Shown here piece by piece: positions 49,866 to 60,532 of a stretch of DNA of 64,000 nt (the stretch's first letter is position 1; each line of letters begins with the position of its first letter). A program made the position numbers and the translations under genes. This DNA is from an uncultured Prevotella sp. (lineage in GTDB: Bacteria > Bacteroidota > Bacteroidia > Bacteroidales > Bacteroidaceae), in assembly GCA_900540885.1 (NCBI GenBank), contig UQHJ01000001.1, forward strand, positions 9,734 through 73,733, in the 5' to 3' direction. The notes below the pieces were generated by a model. The model saw only the letters and a list, made by a program, of their open reading frames with translations, was not told the origin of the DNA and made no database searches.

Positions 49866-50225
49866 TTATGCTCCAACGCATTGGCTGCGTTTGCAAAAGC
49901 GGACGCATTGGGCGGTAAGGTCGTAACCCAACATGGTGCCAAGCATAAAGTCCTCGGCTGGGGTGAGGGCATGCATGGGTTTGCTAATGAAGGTGCGCAC
50001 CACGTTAAGGCATACTTCGTTGCCAAAGTAAAGGTTGAGTTTGTTAGCCGAAACGGGTTGCTCAAGGTAGGCTATCTGCTGTTCGCTAAGGCGCTGGCGC
50101 ATAATGGCCGCACACTCACTCGACATGGTGCAAAGCACTAATTGTCGAACACCTTTGCGATATTCGTAAATTTGGTGCATGAATAGCTTGAGTGAGTCGA
50201 AACGAGAGAAGTCTTCAGCACACAT
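49866..50225 (-). CDS. DUF2023-like small protein (flavodoxin-associated)
   Basis: About 120 aa from MCAEDFSRFDSLKLFMHQIYEYRKG…, 16 bp downstream of the flavodoxin stop. Start chosen at M35 because the longer ORF would overlap the flavodoxin gene. Confidence 0.5.
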   Translation of the reverse strand: MCAEDFSRFDSLKLFMHQIYEYRKGVRQLVLCTMSSECAAIMRQRLSEQQIAYLEQPVSANKLNLYFGNEVCLNVVRTFISKPMHALTPAEDFMLGTMLGYDLTAQCVRFCKRSQCVGA

Positions 50226-50241
50226 GGTGATGTTCCTTTTT

Positions 50242-50742
50242 TTATGATAGTTCGCTTTTGATTGCTTCACACCAAGTGGCAATGCGTGCTTGGTTTTTAT
50301 CATCGCTATCACTCTCGTCAATAGCAAGGCCTACGAAAAGACCATCGCGACAAACGTCAGAATCGGTAACGTTGTAGTCGGTGGGGGCATAGGCGCCAAT
50401 AAAGGTGCAGTTTGTGTTTTGCAAAGCATCATAGATTTGGGCAATGGCTCCGCAGAAAGTGTCGGGATAAGAGTCGCTATCGCCACAACCAAAAAGCGCT
50501 ACCTTCTTGCCAGTTAAGTCGGTGGCTGAAAGGGCATCGATAAAGTCGTACCAATCGTCTTGCAAGTCGCCACATCCCCAAGTTGATGAACCTAACAAAA
50601 GGGTGTCGTATTGTGCAACTTCGGTGGCAGCTGTTGTGCCTACGTTGTGAATGTCGTTGGCCGCGATGCCTAAAGTCTGAGCCAAAGTGTTGGCCACTTG
50701 TTCGGTGCAGCCTGTTGTGCTGCCGTAAAATATTCCTGTCAT
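50242..50742 (-). CDS. fldA: long-chain flavodoxin
   Basis: MTGIFYGSTTGCTEQVA FMN-binding loop. 166 aa. Confidence 0.9.
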   Translation of the reverse strand: MTGIFYGSTTGCTEQVANTLAQTLGIAANDIHNVGTTAATEVAQYDTLLLGSSTWGCGDLQDDWYDFIDALSATDLTGKKVALFGCGDSDSYPDTFCGAIAQIYDALQNTNCTFIGAYAPTDYNVTDSDVCRDGLFVGLAIDESDSDDKNQARIATWCEAIKSELS

Positions 50743-50925
50743 AGTGGTTAAATCTTTTAGTTAAAACAGTGTCTTATTTACGGTTGCAAAGGAACGTATA
50801 AAAGCGGGGTAGGGCAATACCCAATTGGGGTGAAAAACGACAAATAGAAAGTCTCTCCCCCTAACCCTCTCTCCGGTCGGAGGGGGTAGGGGAAGAGACT
50901 TTCAAATTGCAGTTTGTCCTTAGTG

Positions 50926-52005
50926 TTAGAATCTAATCTCTCCACTACCAGCGCAGATCTTGCCGTCAGCGGTGTAGAGTACACCGAACTGACCAGGGGC
51001 AATGCCTTGAACGGGAGTGGGTGAGGTGATGAGGAAGCGACCATCGCTTTGGCGCGATAGGTGACCCGGACGTGGACGCTCTGTATGACGTATCTTGAAG
51101 AGTATGTCTACTTCGTTGGCACCCTTCCAAGGGTCGGCTGTGATGAAGTGGAAACCTGTAAGGTGAAACTCGTTGCCGTACAAACCGTGGCAAGCATCGG
51201 TGTGTGACACGTAGACGATGTTTTGCTCAATGTCTTTGTCGGTTACGAACCATGGGCCACCACCTAAGCCGAGTCCTTTGCGCTGGCCAACGGTGTGGAA
51301 CCAATAGCCTTTGTGCTGACCGATAATGCGACCCGTTTCGCGTTCAACGACGTTGCCCACACGCTCGCCAAGCAGCATACGTAGGTAGTCATTGTAGTTG
51401 ATTTTGCCTAAGAAGCAGATGCCTTGACTATCGCGACGGTGGGCAGGAGCTAAACGTTCGCGATCGGCTATCTCGCGTACTTCGTGCTTGAGTAAGTGAC
51501 CAATGGGGAAGCAGAGCTTTTCGGCCTGCATGTCAGTCAGTTGTGAAAGAAAGTCTGATTGATCTTTGACTGGGTCGGGAGCTGGAGCTAAATAGAGTTG
51601 GCCGTCAGTGGGGTCGTGATAGGTCTGTGCATAGTGGCCCGTAGCGATGTAGTCATAGTCATGACCCGCTTTCTCTTCGAAAGCGCCAAACTTGATAAGT
51701 CGGTTGCACATGACATCGGGGTTGGGCGTGAGGCCACGCTTTACGCGTTCGACTACATAAGCTGTTACGCGGTCGTGATACTCCTGCTGAAGGTCGATGA
51801 TGTCGAGGTGAAGTCCATACTTCTTAGCCGTAAGAGTAGAAAGTTCGATGTCTTCTTCGGCAGAGCATGAAGTGCCTTCGCCTTGCATACCAATCTTGAT
51901 GTAAAAGAGGTCGGGCTTGAGTCCTTGCTCACACATAAGGTGGCAAGCTACGGCACTATCAACGCCACCAGAGATTAAGAGACTGTATCTTTTGTTTTCT
52001 TGCAT
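50926..52005 (-). CDS. mnmA: tRNA 2-thiouridine(34) synthase MnmA
   Basis: PP-loop SGGVDSAVA. Catalytic Cys pairs. 359 aa. Confidence 0.9.
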   Translation of the reverse strand: MQENKRYSLLISGGVDSAVACHLMCEQGLKPDLFYIKIGMQGEGTSCSAEEDIELSTLTAKKYGLHLDIIDLQQEYHDRVTAYVVERVKRGLTPNPDVMCNRLIKFGAFEEKAGHDYDYIATGHYAQTYHDPTDGQLYLAPAPDPVKDQSDFLSQLTDMQAEKLCFPIGHLLKHEVREIADRERLAPAHRRDSQGICFLGKINYNDYLRMLLGERVGNVVERETGRIIGQHKGYWFHTVGQRKGLGLGGGPWFVTDKDIEQNIVYVSHTDACHGLYGNEFHLTGFHFITADPWKGANEVDILFKIRHTERPRPGHLSRQSDGRFLITSPTPVQGIAPGQFGVLYTADGKICAGSGEIRF

Positions 52006-52201
52006 ATTCTTGGTTCATCTTTAGTAGGGGCAAAGTTACGATTTTAGCATGAGAAAACAAAAAAACAGACAGTTAGCACTTCTCAAACTATGATGAATGA
52101 AAAGTAGCTGAACTGTCTGCTTACCTTAGAGGACTAAATAGAGATTTTGTCGTTTGTAACGAACTTACATGTTAACTCGTCAACTCGTCAACAAAAGGAC
52201 G

Positions 52202-53491
52202 TTATACTTGTGCGAGAGCCTGGTCGAGGTCGGCGATGATGTCGTCAATGTGTTCGATACCAATGCTCAAGCGAATGGTTGACGGCGTGATGTGCTGCTG
52301 AGCCAATTCTTCGGGCGTCATTTGTGAGTGAGTAGTAGTGTAGGGGTGGATAACCAAACTCTTCACGTCGGCTACGTTGGCAAGGAGAGAGAATATCTTC
52401 AAGCTATCGCAGAAGCGCCATGCAGCATCTTTGTCGCCATTCACCTCGAAGGTGAAAATGCTACCACCGCCATTGGGGAAGTACTTCTCGTAGAGAGCGT
52501 GGTCGGGGTGGTTGGGTAATGAGGGGTGGTTGACTTTTGCCACCTTGGGGTGGTTGGCCAAGAATTGAACTACCTTCAGTGCATTTTCGACGTGGCGTTC
52601 TACACGCAATGAAAGCGTTTCGAGACCTTGCAACAAGATAAAGGCATTGAAGGGAGAGATAGTGGCACCCGTGTCGCGAAGTACAACGGCGCGAATACGT
52701 GTAACAAAGGCAGCCTTACCAGCTACATCGGCAAATACGGCACCATGATAAGAGGGGTCGGGCTTTGCCAAAGTGGGGAACTTGTCGGCATTGGCTTTCC
52801 AATCGAATGTGCCACCGTCAACGATTACACCACCGAGGCTTGAACCGTGGCCACCGATGAACTTTGTAGCTGAGTGAACTACGATGTCGGCACCATGTTC
52901 GATAGGACGAATGAGGTAAGGAGTGCCAAAGGTATTGTCGACAATGAAAGGTATGTTGTGACGATGTGCCACCTCGGCTACGGCTTCGAGGTTGGTCACG
53001 TCAGAGTTGGGGTTGCCGAACGTCTCGGCATATATTACTTTTGTGTTGGGCTGAATAGCGGCTTCGAGGGCAGCGGTATCATTTACGTTAACAATGGTAT
53101 GTGTGATGCCCTGACTAGCCAAAGTGTGTGTAATGAGGTTGAACGAACCACCATACAAGTTGTCGGCAGCAACGATGTGGTCACCATTCAATACGATGTT
53201 TTGCAGTGCGTAAGTAACAGCAGCTGCGCCACTGGCTACAGCCAAACCTGCAACACCACCCTCAAGTGCAGCAACGCGGTCTTCAAAAACGCCTTGCGTA
53301 GAGTTGGTCAAACGGCCATAAATGTTGCCTGCATCACGAAGAGCGAAGCGGTCGGCAGCGTGTTGTGAGTTGCGGAACACGTAAGAGGTAGTCTGGTAAA
53401 TAGGCACAGCGCGTGCGTCGGTTGCGGGGTCGGGCTGTTCTTGGCCTACGTGTACTTGAAGTGTCTCGAAGTGGTATTTCTGTTCGCTCAT
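52202..53491 (-). CDS. metY: O-acetylhomoserine aminocarboxypropyltransferase (O-acetylhomoserine sulfhydrylase), PLP-dependent
   Basis: Cys/Met-metabolism PLP fold. Lys in [11 protein letters not shown]. 429 aa. Confidence 0.85.
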   Translation of the reverse strand: MSEQKYHFETLQVHVGQEQPDPATDARAVPIYQTTSYVFRNSQHAADRFALRDAGNIYGRLTNSTQGVFEDRVAALEGGVAGLAVASGAAAVTYALQNIVLNGDHIVAADNLYGGSFNLITHTLASQGITHTIVNVNDTAALEAAIQPNTKVIYAETFGNPNSDVTNLEAVAEVAHRHNIPFIVDNTFGTPYLIRPIEHGADIVVHSATKFIGGHGSSLGGVIVDGGTFDWKANADKFPTLAKPDPSYHGAVFADVAGKAAFVTRIRAVVLRDTGATISPFNAFILLQGLETLSLRVERHVENALKVVQFLANHPKVAKVNHPSLPNHPDHALYEKYFPNGGGSIFTFEVNGDKDAAWRFCDSLKIFSLLANVADVKSLVIHPYTTTHSQMTPEELAQQHITPSTIRLSIGIEHIDDIIADLDQALAQV

Positions 53492-53688
53492 AGTTATTGT
53501 TTTTTAATTGTTTCTGGGGTGACGAGTTAACGAGTAGACAAGTAGGTTACTTTGTACTGCGTATCACTCTTTTGTCGTTATTTTTCGATTGCAAAGTTAC
53601 GGAGTTTGGAATAAACCACCAAATAATTTTGAAAGGTAGGAAAACGTTACTACTTTTGCGTTGTTAAATAGAAAAACTACTAACAAAT

Positions 53689-54177
53689 ATGGCACAAATC
53701 GTTTCCTCTACAGAAAAATATTCTATTGATGCTACAGACTTGCAAATATTGCGGGAGTTGCAGCGCAATGCACGCCTAACGACCAAAGAATTGGCGGCAC
53801 GAGTCAACCTAAGTACAACGCCTGTCTTTGAACGCGTGAAGCGTTTGGAGCGTGACGGCATTATAGATAGGTACGTAGCTGTGCTGAATGCTGAAAAGTT
53901 AAATCAGGGTTTTGTGGTGTTCTGTCAAGTAAAGATGAATCGTTTAGGGCGCGACATTGCGGCCGACTTTAACCGAATGGTAAAGGACATTCCCGAAGTG
54001 ACAGAGTGTTACAACATTTCGGGACAGTATGATTACTTATTAAAGATTCATGCGCCCAACATGAAGTACTATCAAGAGTTTGTGCTAAACGTGTTAGGCA
54101 CCATTCCCCACCTCGGTTCGCTTGAAAGCACTTTCGTTATGGACGAGATAAAGCATGAATATGGTATTAGTTTGTAA
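53689..54177 (+). CDS. Lrp/AsnC-family transcriptional regulator
   Basis: N-terminal HTH (LQILRELQRNARLTTKELAARVNLSTTPV) plus RAM domain. Confidence 0.85.
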   Translation: MAQIVSSTEKYSIDATDLQILRELQRNARLTTKELAARVNLSTTPVFERVKRLERDGIIDRYVAVLNAEKLNQGFVVFCQVKMNRLGRDIAADFNRMVKDIPEVTECYNISGQYDYLLKIHAPNMKYYQEFVLNVLGTIPHLGSLESTFVMDEIKHEYGISL

Positions 54178-54193
54178 GGAATTTGTAGTAAAC

Positions 54194-54270
54194 CAACTGC
54201 AATCAAGGCTGCCCCTACGTAACGTGTGTTGGAAAGCACGTGTTACGTAAGGGCAGACAGATTGCAGTTT
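54194..54270. repeat. 77-bp foldback of the AAACTGCAAT-terminus family between convergent genes
   Basis: caactgcaatcaaggctgccc-[ctacgtaacgtgtg…cacgtgttacgtaag]-gggcagacagattgcagttt. Confidence 0.65.
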
Positions 54271-54289
54271 GAGTTAAAGCATCATCTAT

Positions 54290-55030
54290 TCACTCCACCA
54301 ACGCTCCAGCTTTGAGTAGCGCATGCCAGAGGTTGTAGCGATAGTTGGGGGTGAGCGCTTCGAGCGCAGTGGTCACTTGTTGTATGTTAGTGCGGTTTGA
54401 CACACCGTCAAAGGGACATACCTTGTCAACGGGGTGGTAATCCTGTATTTCGGCCCAACGTTTGAGGTCGGCCTCGGCCATGTGTGCTAAAGGGCGAATA
54501 ATCGTCATGTCAAACTTACGCATACTGATGCGTACAGGCATGGTAGAGAACGTTCCGTTAAACGTAAGGTTCATCAGTGCCGTGCGCAAGATGTCGTCCT
54601 GATGATGTCCTAAGGCTATTTTGTTACAGCCCAAACGTTGCGCTTCGGTGAAGAGCACCTTTCGACGGTTCCACGAACATAAGAAGCAAGGCGTGCGCTT
54701 TTCGTTGCGGTCGGGTTCAAACCCCGTTTCAACGAGGTGAAATGGAATGCGCCACTTATCACATTGTGCTTGTAAGTAGCTGGCGTCAGAGGCATAGTGA
54801 ATGTTACGCATTCTGACGTGGAGGGCTTCAACGCTGAAGTAATGATTGCTGTGTGCCATACGCTCTCCTAAGAGGTCGAGCAAGGAGAGAGAGTCCTTGC
54901 CGCCTGACAGTCCGATAAGTATGCGATCGCCTTGTTGAATGAGAGAAAACTCTTTGATAACCTCTCTCATTTGCTTTTGTAGCCGACGGTGGAGTTGGTA
55001 TTCAGGGCATAACTTCTTTTGTTCAGTCAT
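54290..55030 (-). CDS. ttcA: tRNA 2-thiocytidine(32) synthetase TtcA-like PP-loop ATPase
   Basis: GDRILIGLSGGKDS PP-loop. CFLCSWNRRK and ALGHHQDD motifs. IRPLAHMAEADLKRWA. Closely parallels E. coli TtcA motifs. Confidence 0.75.
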   Translation of the reverse strand: MTEQKKLCPEYQLHRRLQKQMREVIKEFSLIQQGDRILIGLSGGKDSLSLLDLLGERMAHSNHYFSVEALHVRMRNIHYASDASYLQAQCDKWRIPFHLVETGFEPDRNEKRTPCFLCSWNRRKVLFTEAQRLGCNKIALGHHQDDILRTALMNLTFNGTFSTMPVRISMRKFDMTIIRPLAHMAEADLKRWAEIQDYHPVDKVCPFDGVSNRTNIQQVTTALEALTPNYRYNLWHALLKAGALVE

Positions 55031-55037
55031 AGCGTGC

Positions 55038-55439
55038 TTATTTCATAAATACGAAGTAGACAGCAGCCACTAAGCAGGCAAAGGCTGCAATGTGGTTCCA
55101 GTGAAAAGCTTCACCTTTAAACATAAACGTGGCGACGACGGTAAATACGATGAGTGATACCACCTCTTGTATTACTTTGAGTTGAATAAGACTAAAGGGT
55201 CCTCCGTTGTCAATAAAGCCAAGGCGGTTGGCGGGTACTTGACACATGTATTCGAAGAGAGCGATTCCCCATGAGAAGAGTATAACGGCAATGAGTGGCC
55301 AGTTGCGGCTAATGCCCGCCTCTTGTAGCTTTAGGTGGCCGTACCACGCGAAGGTCATGAAGATGTTAGAACAGATAAGAAGTAATATGGTGTAAAATCC
55401 TTGCATGCTTAGTAAATGTGTAAATGTGCGAATGTGCAA
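55038..55439 (-). CDS. DMT-family small membrane protein (DUF486-like)
   Basis: 133 aa, four TM helices. Confidence 0.6.
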   Translation of the reverse strand: MHIRTFTHLLSMQGFYTILLLICSNIFMTFAWYGHLKLQEAGISRNWPLIAVILFSWGIALFEYMCQVPANRLGFIDNGGPFSLIQLKVIQEVVSLIVFTVVATFMFKGEAFHWNHIAAFACLVAAVYFVFMK

Positions 55440-55535
55440 ATGTGCAAATGCGTTGTGAATGTGCAGTTAAAATTTTTAAGTCATTATTATATTTACACAT
55501 TCTCACATTCTCACATTTGCACATTTCCTACTCTC
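55425..55535. repeat. inverted array of AATGTGC octamer repeats (foldback)
   Basis: taaatgtgtaaatgtgcgaatgtgcaaatgtgcaaatgcg…gaatgtgcag / tacacattctcacattctcacatttgcacattt. Confidence 0.65.
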
Positions 55536-56280
55536 CAGCCTTTTTGATTTTGCCCTCTTTCATGAGTTTGGCAAATTCCTTTTTGGCTTTGGCCAATTGG
55601 GCGTTGAAGGCATCGTTGGCGTGAAGACGAGCTACGAGCGCACTGCCTACCACGCGACCTGCGTCAACGTCGCTCTGATAGTGTACACCACAGATAACGC
55701 GACTCTGACCGATTTCAAAACCACGCTTTAAGATTTCGTTTTGACGTTCAACATTAATCTCTGCCAAAACCAAGGCTTCAGCCCATGCCTTCGAAGTGTG
55801 GCCAGAGGGGTAAGAACCATTTGGGGCCAACCACTTCTCATCGTTGGGCGTGTGTGACGGTTCTTTAAAGAAGAGGAAGGGGCGCATACGTGTGTAGTAA
55901 CCCTTCGCCTCGCGCGTGGCGAGGTCGCCAGCGTCTTCCTGCATGTGTGTCATGAGTTTGTAGATCTCAGGCGTATTCTCTTTTGAAATAGTAATACCGA
56001 AGGCCTCAGAGAAGGCTCTTGATAGTCCCATCTCGTTGAGGTCAGCATCGTCGAAGGCCTGCTTGCCACGTGGCGTGATGCGTTGCATCTTGCCCCACTT
56101 ATATTGTGCTTCGTCATAGTTGAAGTAAGCACTGCCCGGTTGGGGTGGGGCAGGGAGCAGTTTGAGACTGCTTGCTACGTCGTTGTATTTCAGATAGTAG
56201 TGCTCGTTGTTTTGAGCTTTAGCCGCATTGCCCATAGTGATGCAGGCAAGGGCGAGCAGTAGAATGCTTTTCTTTTTCAT
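55528..56280 (-). CDS. class A bacterial acid phosphatase (PAP2 superfamily)
   Basis: Signal peptide. KX6RP (YYTRMRP), PSGH (SYPSGHTS), SRX5HX3D (QSRVICGVHYQSDVDAGR). Confidence 0.85.
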   Translation of the reverse strand: MKKKSILLLALACITMGNAAKAQNNEHYYLKYNDVASSLKLLPAPPQPGSAYFNYDEAQYKWGKMQRITPRGKQAFDDADLNEMGLSRAFSEAFGITISKENTPEIYKLMTHMQEDAGDLATREAKGYYTRMRPFLFFKEPSHTPNDEKWLAPNGSYPSGHTSKAWAEALVLAEINVERQNEILKRGFEIGQSRVICGVHYQSDVDAGRVVGSALVARLHANDAFNAQLAKAKKEFAKLMKEGKIKKAGE

Positions 56281-56291
56281 TGTATGTAGGT

Positions 56292-57011
56292 TTATTCAAT
56301 AGCAGTAATGGTGACGTTTTGGAATACGTCAGTAAATGATAGTAGAGATTGCGTGTTCGCTTTGCGTCGGCGCATTTTCAGTTCGAGCGCAACGTCAAAC
56401 ACGATTTCTTTATCCTTCTCAAATCGTTCTTTGAGTTCGTAAGAATAAATGTCCATGCCCTCCTTCTTGGCCAAAGAGATGAATTGGCGGATTTGTTCCT
56501 TTGACGTGGAGGTGAACGAGATGTCGACCGTCGTATTGCCAAAGCGTGGAATGAAGTAAACAATCACTTCAAGTCCAAGAATAACCATAATGGTAGTGAC
56601 AGCTGCTGCGGCAAACATGCCCGTGCCGCAAGCCAATCCAATGGCAGCTGTCACCCATAGGCCGGCTGCCGTGGTGAGTCCGCGTACTACGTTCTTTTGG
56701 AAGATAATCGTGCCAGCACCTAAGAAGCCAATGCCCGATACCACTTGTGCTGCCACACGTGAGGAGTCCTTCAAGTCGAAGCCAAAGCCGTATTGTGAAA
56801 CGATGCAAAACAGTGCGCTACCTAAGGCCACCAAGAAGTGCGTGCGAAAGCCCGCTTCCTTCGAACGGTAGTCGCGCTCAATGCCTATGCTACCACCTAG
56901 TAGCATGGCGATGAAAAGGCGAAGAGTGATGTCGAGTAACATGGGGTAATCTGTTCTTAGTCTTGAGGTTATGAGGTTATAAACTAATTTTGAAGACCTA
57001 CTTAACCTCAT
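56292..57011 (-). CDS. mgtC: MgtC/SapB-family membrane protein
   Basis: LLGGSIGIERDYRSKEAGFRTHFLVALGSALF MgtC motif. Confidence 0.85.
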   Translation of the reverse strand: MRLSRSSKLVYNLITSRLRTDYPMLLDITLRLFIAMLLGGSIGIERDYRSKEAGFRTHFLVALGSALFCIVSQYGFGFDLKDSSRVAAQVVSGIGFLGAGTIIFQKNVVRGLTTAAGLWVTAAIGLACGTGMFAAAAVTTIMVILGLEVIVYFIPRFGNTTVDISFTSTSKEQIRQFISLAKKEGMDIYSYELKERFEKDKEIVFDVALELKMRRRKANTQSLLSFTDVFQNVTITAIE

Positions 57012-57035
57012 TACATTAAAACGCGAAGTTCGCTA

Positions 57036-59501
57036 TTATAAGTCCAATGCCTTCCACCAAGCATCGTTGCCTTGTAGATACTTAGCAAACCAAGCGTAGA
57101 TGACATTGAGCCAAGCAAGGCGTTTGTTGTAGTCGGTGATGACGTGGTTCTCGCCTTCCACTTGAACGTAAGTTACGTCGCGGCCCAATATCTTCAGTGC
57201 ATTGTAAAGTTGTTGGCTCTCGTTGGTCGGCACGTTGGTGTCGGCCGTGCCATGTAGAAGTAACAAGGGGGTATGAATCTTGTCGGCATTAAACAAGGGC
57301 GATTGCTTCACATAAAGGTCGGGATTATTCCAAGGAAAACTGCCGTACTGAGCCGTTTCGCCGTAAGAGTACCCCCAATAGCCGCCGCCCCAATAGCTCG
57401 TAATGTTGCTAATGCCCGCGTGAGAGATAGCTGCCGCAAAGATGTCAGTCTTCGTTTGTAAGTATTCCGTCATAAAGCCACCGTAAGAGGCACCGATACA
57501 ACCAATGTGTTTACTATCAACAAAACTATGAGCCTTGCAGAACTCCTTTACACCTTGTATAATGTCGTCGCCCGACTCTTTTCCCCACGTGTTGACATGA
57601 CGAGCTGCAAACTCCTGTCCGTAGGCCGTTGTGCCGCTGGGGTTGAGCACGTAAACGACGTAGCCTTGACTGGCAAAAGTTTGGAACGGATACCACGATT
57701 CTAACAAGTTAGACGAGGGTGAGCAGCCACCATAGTAGTAAACAATCATTGGATACTTCTTGCTGCTATCGAAGTTGGGAGGCAACAAGTAGAAACCGTC
57801 AATAGAGTCGCCACGTGTAGCCTTGAATTGCCAACTGGTGCTGGGCGCAATGGCTACGTCTTTGTATATTTCGTCAAAGTTGATGCTGCCGATGCGTCGT
57901 GTGGTTGGTTTTGTCTTGTTCAGTTCACAGGTGTACATATCGCGTGCACGCTGTGGTGTTTGACCAAAGAATACCAGGCGAGGAGCAGACTTTGCGTTGG
58001 TGGCGAGAGAAAAGTCCTGCACGTAAGTGACGGGCAATTCATATTTAACGACTTGCAGCGTCTTGGGATTGAGACGGAAGAAGGAGCGTCCCATGCGATT
58101 GTCGGCAGTAAAATATATTTGACCATCGCCTGCGTTCCACATAAAGTCAGCCACCGAGGGTGTAAACTGACGTAGCGCGGGTGTAGTCTTCTTCGAAGCA
58201 ATGTCGTAGAGGTAAAGGCGGTAGTCAAAACCTTGTGGTATCTGTCCCTCTTTCACTTCGCTGCCAATGCCAGCAAAGGCGGCAGGAGAGGCCGAAATGA
58301 GCAGTTGCTGTCCGTTGGGTGAGAAACGCGCACTATTGATAAACGTCGTGTCGGCCATGAGCGTTTCAGCCTCGCCCGTGTAAGCGTTCATGCGCACAAA
58401 GGTGGTGCGATACATAGGCAATTTGCTCACGTCGCTGCGTTGATATTGTAATAATAGGTATTTCCCGTCGGCCGATATGTCTGCCATGCTGACACTGGCA
58501 GAACCGAAGGTGAGGCGCTGCATGAGTCCGGTTTTGAGATCGTAACGCCAAAGGCTATTGCGGTTGCGCCAACCCGGCATGCGGTCGTCGGGTTCTTCAA
58601 TGCGCTTCAATCCGTCTTTAGAAGGTTTGCCCTCCTCATTTCGATTGAAGATAATATAGTCCTCTTTAGGCGAAAGGCTAAATCCACCATCGGGCAGATG
58701 CTCCGCAATTACCTTCTCCTTGCCATTGGCAGGAGTGAAGAGTACCAATTCCTTTCCCGTACCGCTTTGGCGCGTATAGTAGAGTACATCGCGATTGTAG
58801 AGCCAATCGAGTGCTACATATTCATTGCGGTGGAGCAATTCACGACCCGTAGCCACTTCGGTAAGGGTAGTCGTGTATTGTGCTTTGCCGTCCTTCTTCG
58901 TGTAATAACTAATGGTGACTAAGTACTTGCCAGAGGGCGACAGAGCTACGCTGCGGTAGTGGTCGCCCCAAGTCTGCTGACCAATGGTAAAGGGGCGCTT
59001 GCCCATAGCGTTGACTTGTACGTCGGTTAAATTGTCGCCAATTACCCTTACGTCAAAAGAGTCTTTACTTTCCTTATTTGATAACAAGAGTAAAGCCAAC
59101 TCTGCACGGCCTGGCGCAAGTTTTAATTGCTTATCACCACACTCCTTACCGTCAACGTAGAGTTTGTAATGGCTAAGGCCATTCACCTCGACGCGAGCTT
59201 TGGTATAGTGAGCAGCTTGAACGTTAAAGCGTACAACGCGTAGGGTAGACAGACTATCAGCGCCCACAGTAAAGTGGAAACCTTGTTCAATCGGAGTAGC
59301 TGCCACGTGAGTAGCTTCGATAAGCGCAGCGTTTTTGTTGAGCGCTTCGTTGGGGTCGATGGCTTGTCCCTTCATGTTGAGCGAATCCGTGACGAAGGGA
59401 GTGTATAGTGTGTAGGGACCTTCCATTTGCGCGGTTTTAACCACCAGTGTGTCGCTCGTAGTGGCGGCAAGTGAAAGTGATAATAAGGTAGATAGTAACA
59501 T
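57036..59501 (-). CDS. S9-family serine peptidase (prolyl oligopeptidase/dipeptidyl-peptidase-like) with N-terminal beta-propeller
   Basis: 821 aa. Signal peptide. Catalytic Ser in GASYGGFM. Asp/His in the C-terminal alpha/beta-hydrolase domain. Confidence 0.85.
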   Translation of the reverse strand: MLLSTLLSLSLAATTSDTLVVKTAQMEGPYTLYTPFVTDSLNMKGQAIDPNEALNKNAALIEATHVAATPIEQGFHFTVGADSLSTLRVVRFNVQAAHYTKARVEVNGLSHYKLYVDGKECGDKQLKLAPGRAELALLLLSNKESKDSFDVRVIGDNLTDVQVNAMGKRPFTIGQQTWGDHYRSVALSPSGKYLVTISYYTKKDGKAQYTTTLTEVATGRELLHRNEYVALDWLYNRDVLYYTRQSGTGKELVLFTPANGKEKVIAEHLPDGGFSLSPKEDYIIFNRNEEGKPSKDGLKRIEEPDDRMPGWRNRNSLWRYDLKTGLMQRLTFGSASVSMADISADGKYLLLQYQRSDVSKLPMYRTTFVRMNAYTGEAETLMADTTFINSARFSPNGQQLLISASPAAFAGIGSEVKEGQIPQGFDYRLYLYDIASKKTTPALRQFTPSVADFMWNAGDGQIYFTADNRMGRSFFRLNPKTLQVVKYELPVTYVQDFSLATNAKSAPRLVFFGQTPQRARDMYTCELNKTKPTTRRIGSINFDEIYKDVAIAPSTSWQFKATRGDSIDGFYLLPPNFDSSKKYPMIVYYYGGCSPSSNLLESWYPFQTFASQGYVVYVLNPSGTTAYGQEFAARHVNTWGKESGDDIIQGVKEFCKAHSFVDSKHIGCIGASYGGFMTEYLQTKTDIFAAAISHAGISNITSYWGGGYWGYSYGETAQYGSFPWNNPDLYVKQSPLFNADKIHTPLLLLHGTADTNVPTNESQQLYNALKILGRDVTYVQVEGENHVITDYNKRLAWLNVIYAWFAKYLQGNDAWWKALDL

Positions 59502-59568
59502 ATAGATAGAATGTAATAAATCAAGAAAGTGAGGGGTGGAGAAAATATACTTTTATTGCCAAGTTGGA

Positions 59569-59632
59569 GCATTGAACCCCATCTTGGCAATGCCGACGCG
59601 AGGACGCGTCGCCCCCAATTAAGATGCTTCGT
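59569..59632. repeat. truncated internal fragment of the 23974-24241 foldback element
   Basis: cttggcaatgccgacgcgaggacgcgtcgcccccaattaag matches the inner arm of that element; lacks the terminal motif. Confidence 0.55.
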
Positions 59633-59773
59633 TCCCTTTTAAGGGGTGTCCTAATAAATCTGTTTTTAGTTTGTTGATTATGAGGTTATAAAGTCACATC
59701 ACGTTGATAATCAACAAGGCTAACTTTATAACCTTATAACTTTAAAACGTTAAACTTTAAGTCGTTTTGCAGT

Positions 59774-60532
59774 TTATTCCCTTTCGCGGCTCATCGTCTG
59801 AAAGTCCTTTTTGCGCAACTTAAAGCTATTGGTAAGATACTTATCGCGCACCACTTGGTTGGCGGCCAACTCTTCAGGCGTGCCTTGAAATAAGATGCGT
59901 CCTTCAAAGAGCAAGTAGGCACGGTCGGTAATGCAGAGCGTCTCTTCAACGTTGTGGTCGGTAATCAAGATTCCGATGTTGCGGTCTTTCAGTTTCCACA
60001 CGATGTACTGAATGTCTTCAACGGCGATAGGGTCGACACCTGCAAAGGGTTCGTCCAACATAATAAACTTAGGGTCGATGGCTAAGCAACGGGCTATTTC
60101 AGTACGGCGGCGTTCGCCACCTGAAAGTTGATCGCCCAAGTTCTTACGCACCTTTTGCAAGCGGAACTCACTGATAAGACTCTCCAATTTCTCGCGGCGA
60201 TATTCCTTCGAGCGACCTGTGAGCTCAAGCACAGAAGCAATGTTGTCCTCCACGCTCATCTTGCGGAATACGGAAGCCTCTTGTGCCAAGTAGCCAATGC
60301 CCTTTTGCGCACGTTTGTAGACAGGGTCTTTCGTGATTTCTTGATCGTCAATGAAGATGCGTCCGCCATTAGGTACGACCAAGCCCGTAGTCATATAGAA
60401 CGAGGTCGTCTTGCCCGCACCATTCGGCCCGAGCAATCCCACGATTTCGCCTTGTTTTACGTCAAACGAAACGCCATTTACCACCGTACGCTTGCCATAC
60501 TTCTTAATTAGGTTTTCAGAGCGTAGCACCAT
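59774..60532 (-). CDS. lptB: LPS export ABC transporter ATP-binding protein LptB
   Basis: Walker [18 protein letters not shown], Walker B IMLDEP. Start set at MVLRSENL; the 41-codon low-complexity extension to 60655 is probably not translated. Confidence 0.8.
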   Translation of the reverse strand: MVLRSENLIKKYGKRTVVNGVSFDVKQGEIVGLLGPNGAGKTTSFYMTTGLVVPNGGRIFIDDQEITKDPVYKRAQKGIGYLAQEASVFRKMSVEDNIASVLELTGRSKEYRREKLESLISEFRLQKVRKNLGDQLSGGERRRTEIARCLAIDPKFIMLDEPFAGVDPIAVEDIQYIVWKLKDRNIGILITDHNVEETLCITDRAYLLFEGRILFQGTPEELAANQVVRDKYLTNSFKLRKKDFQTMSRERE

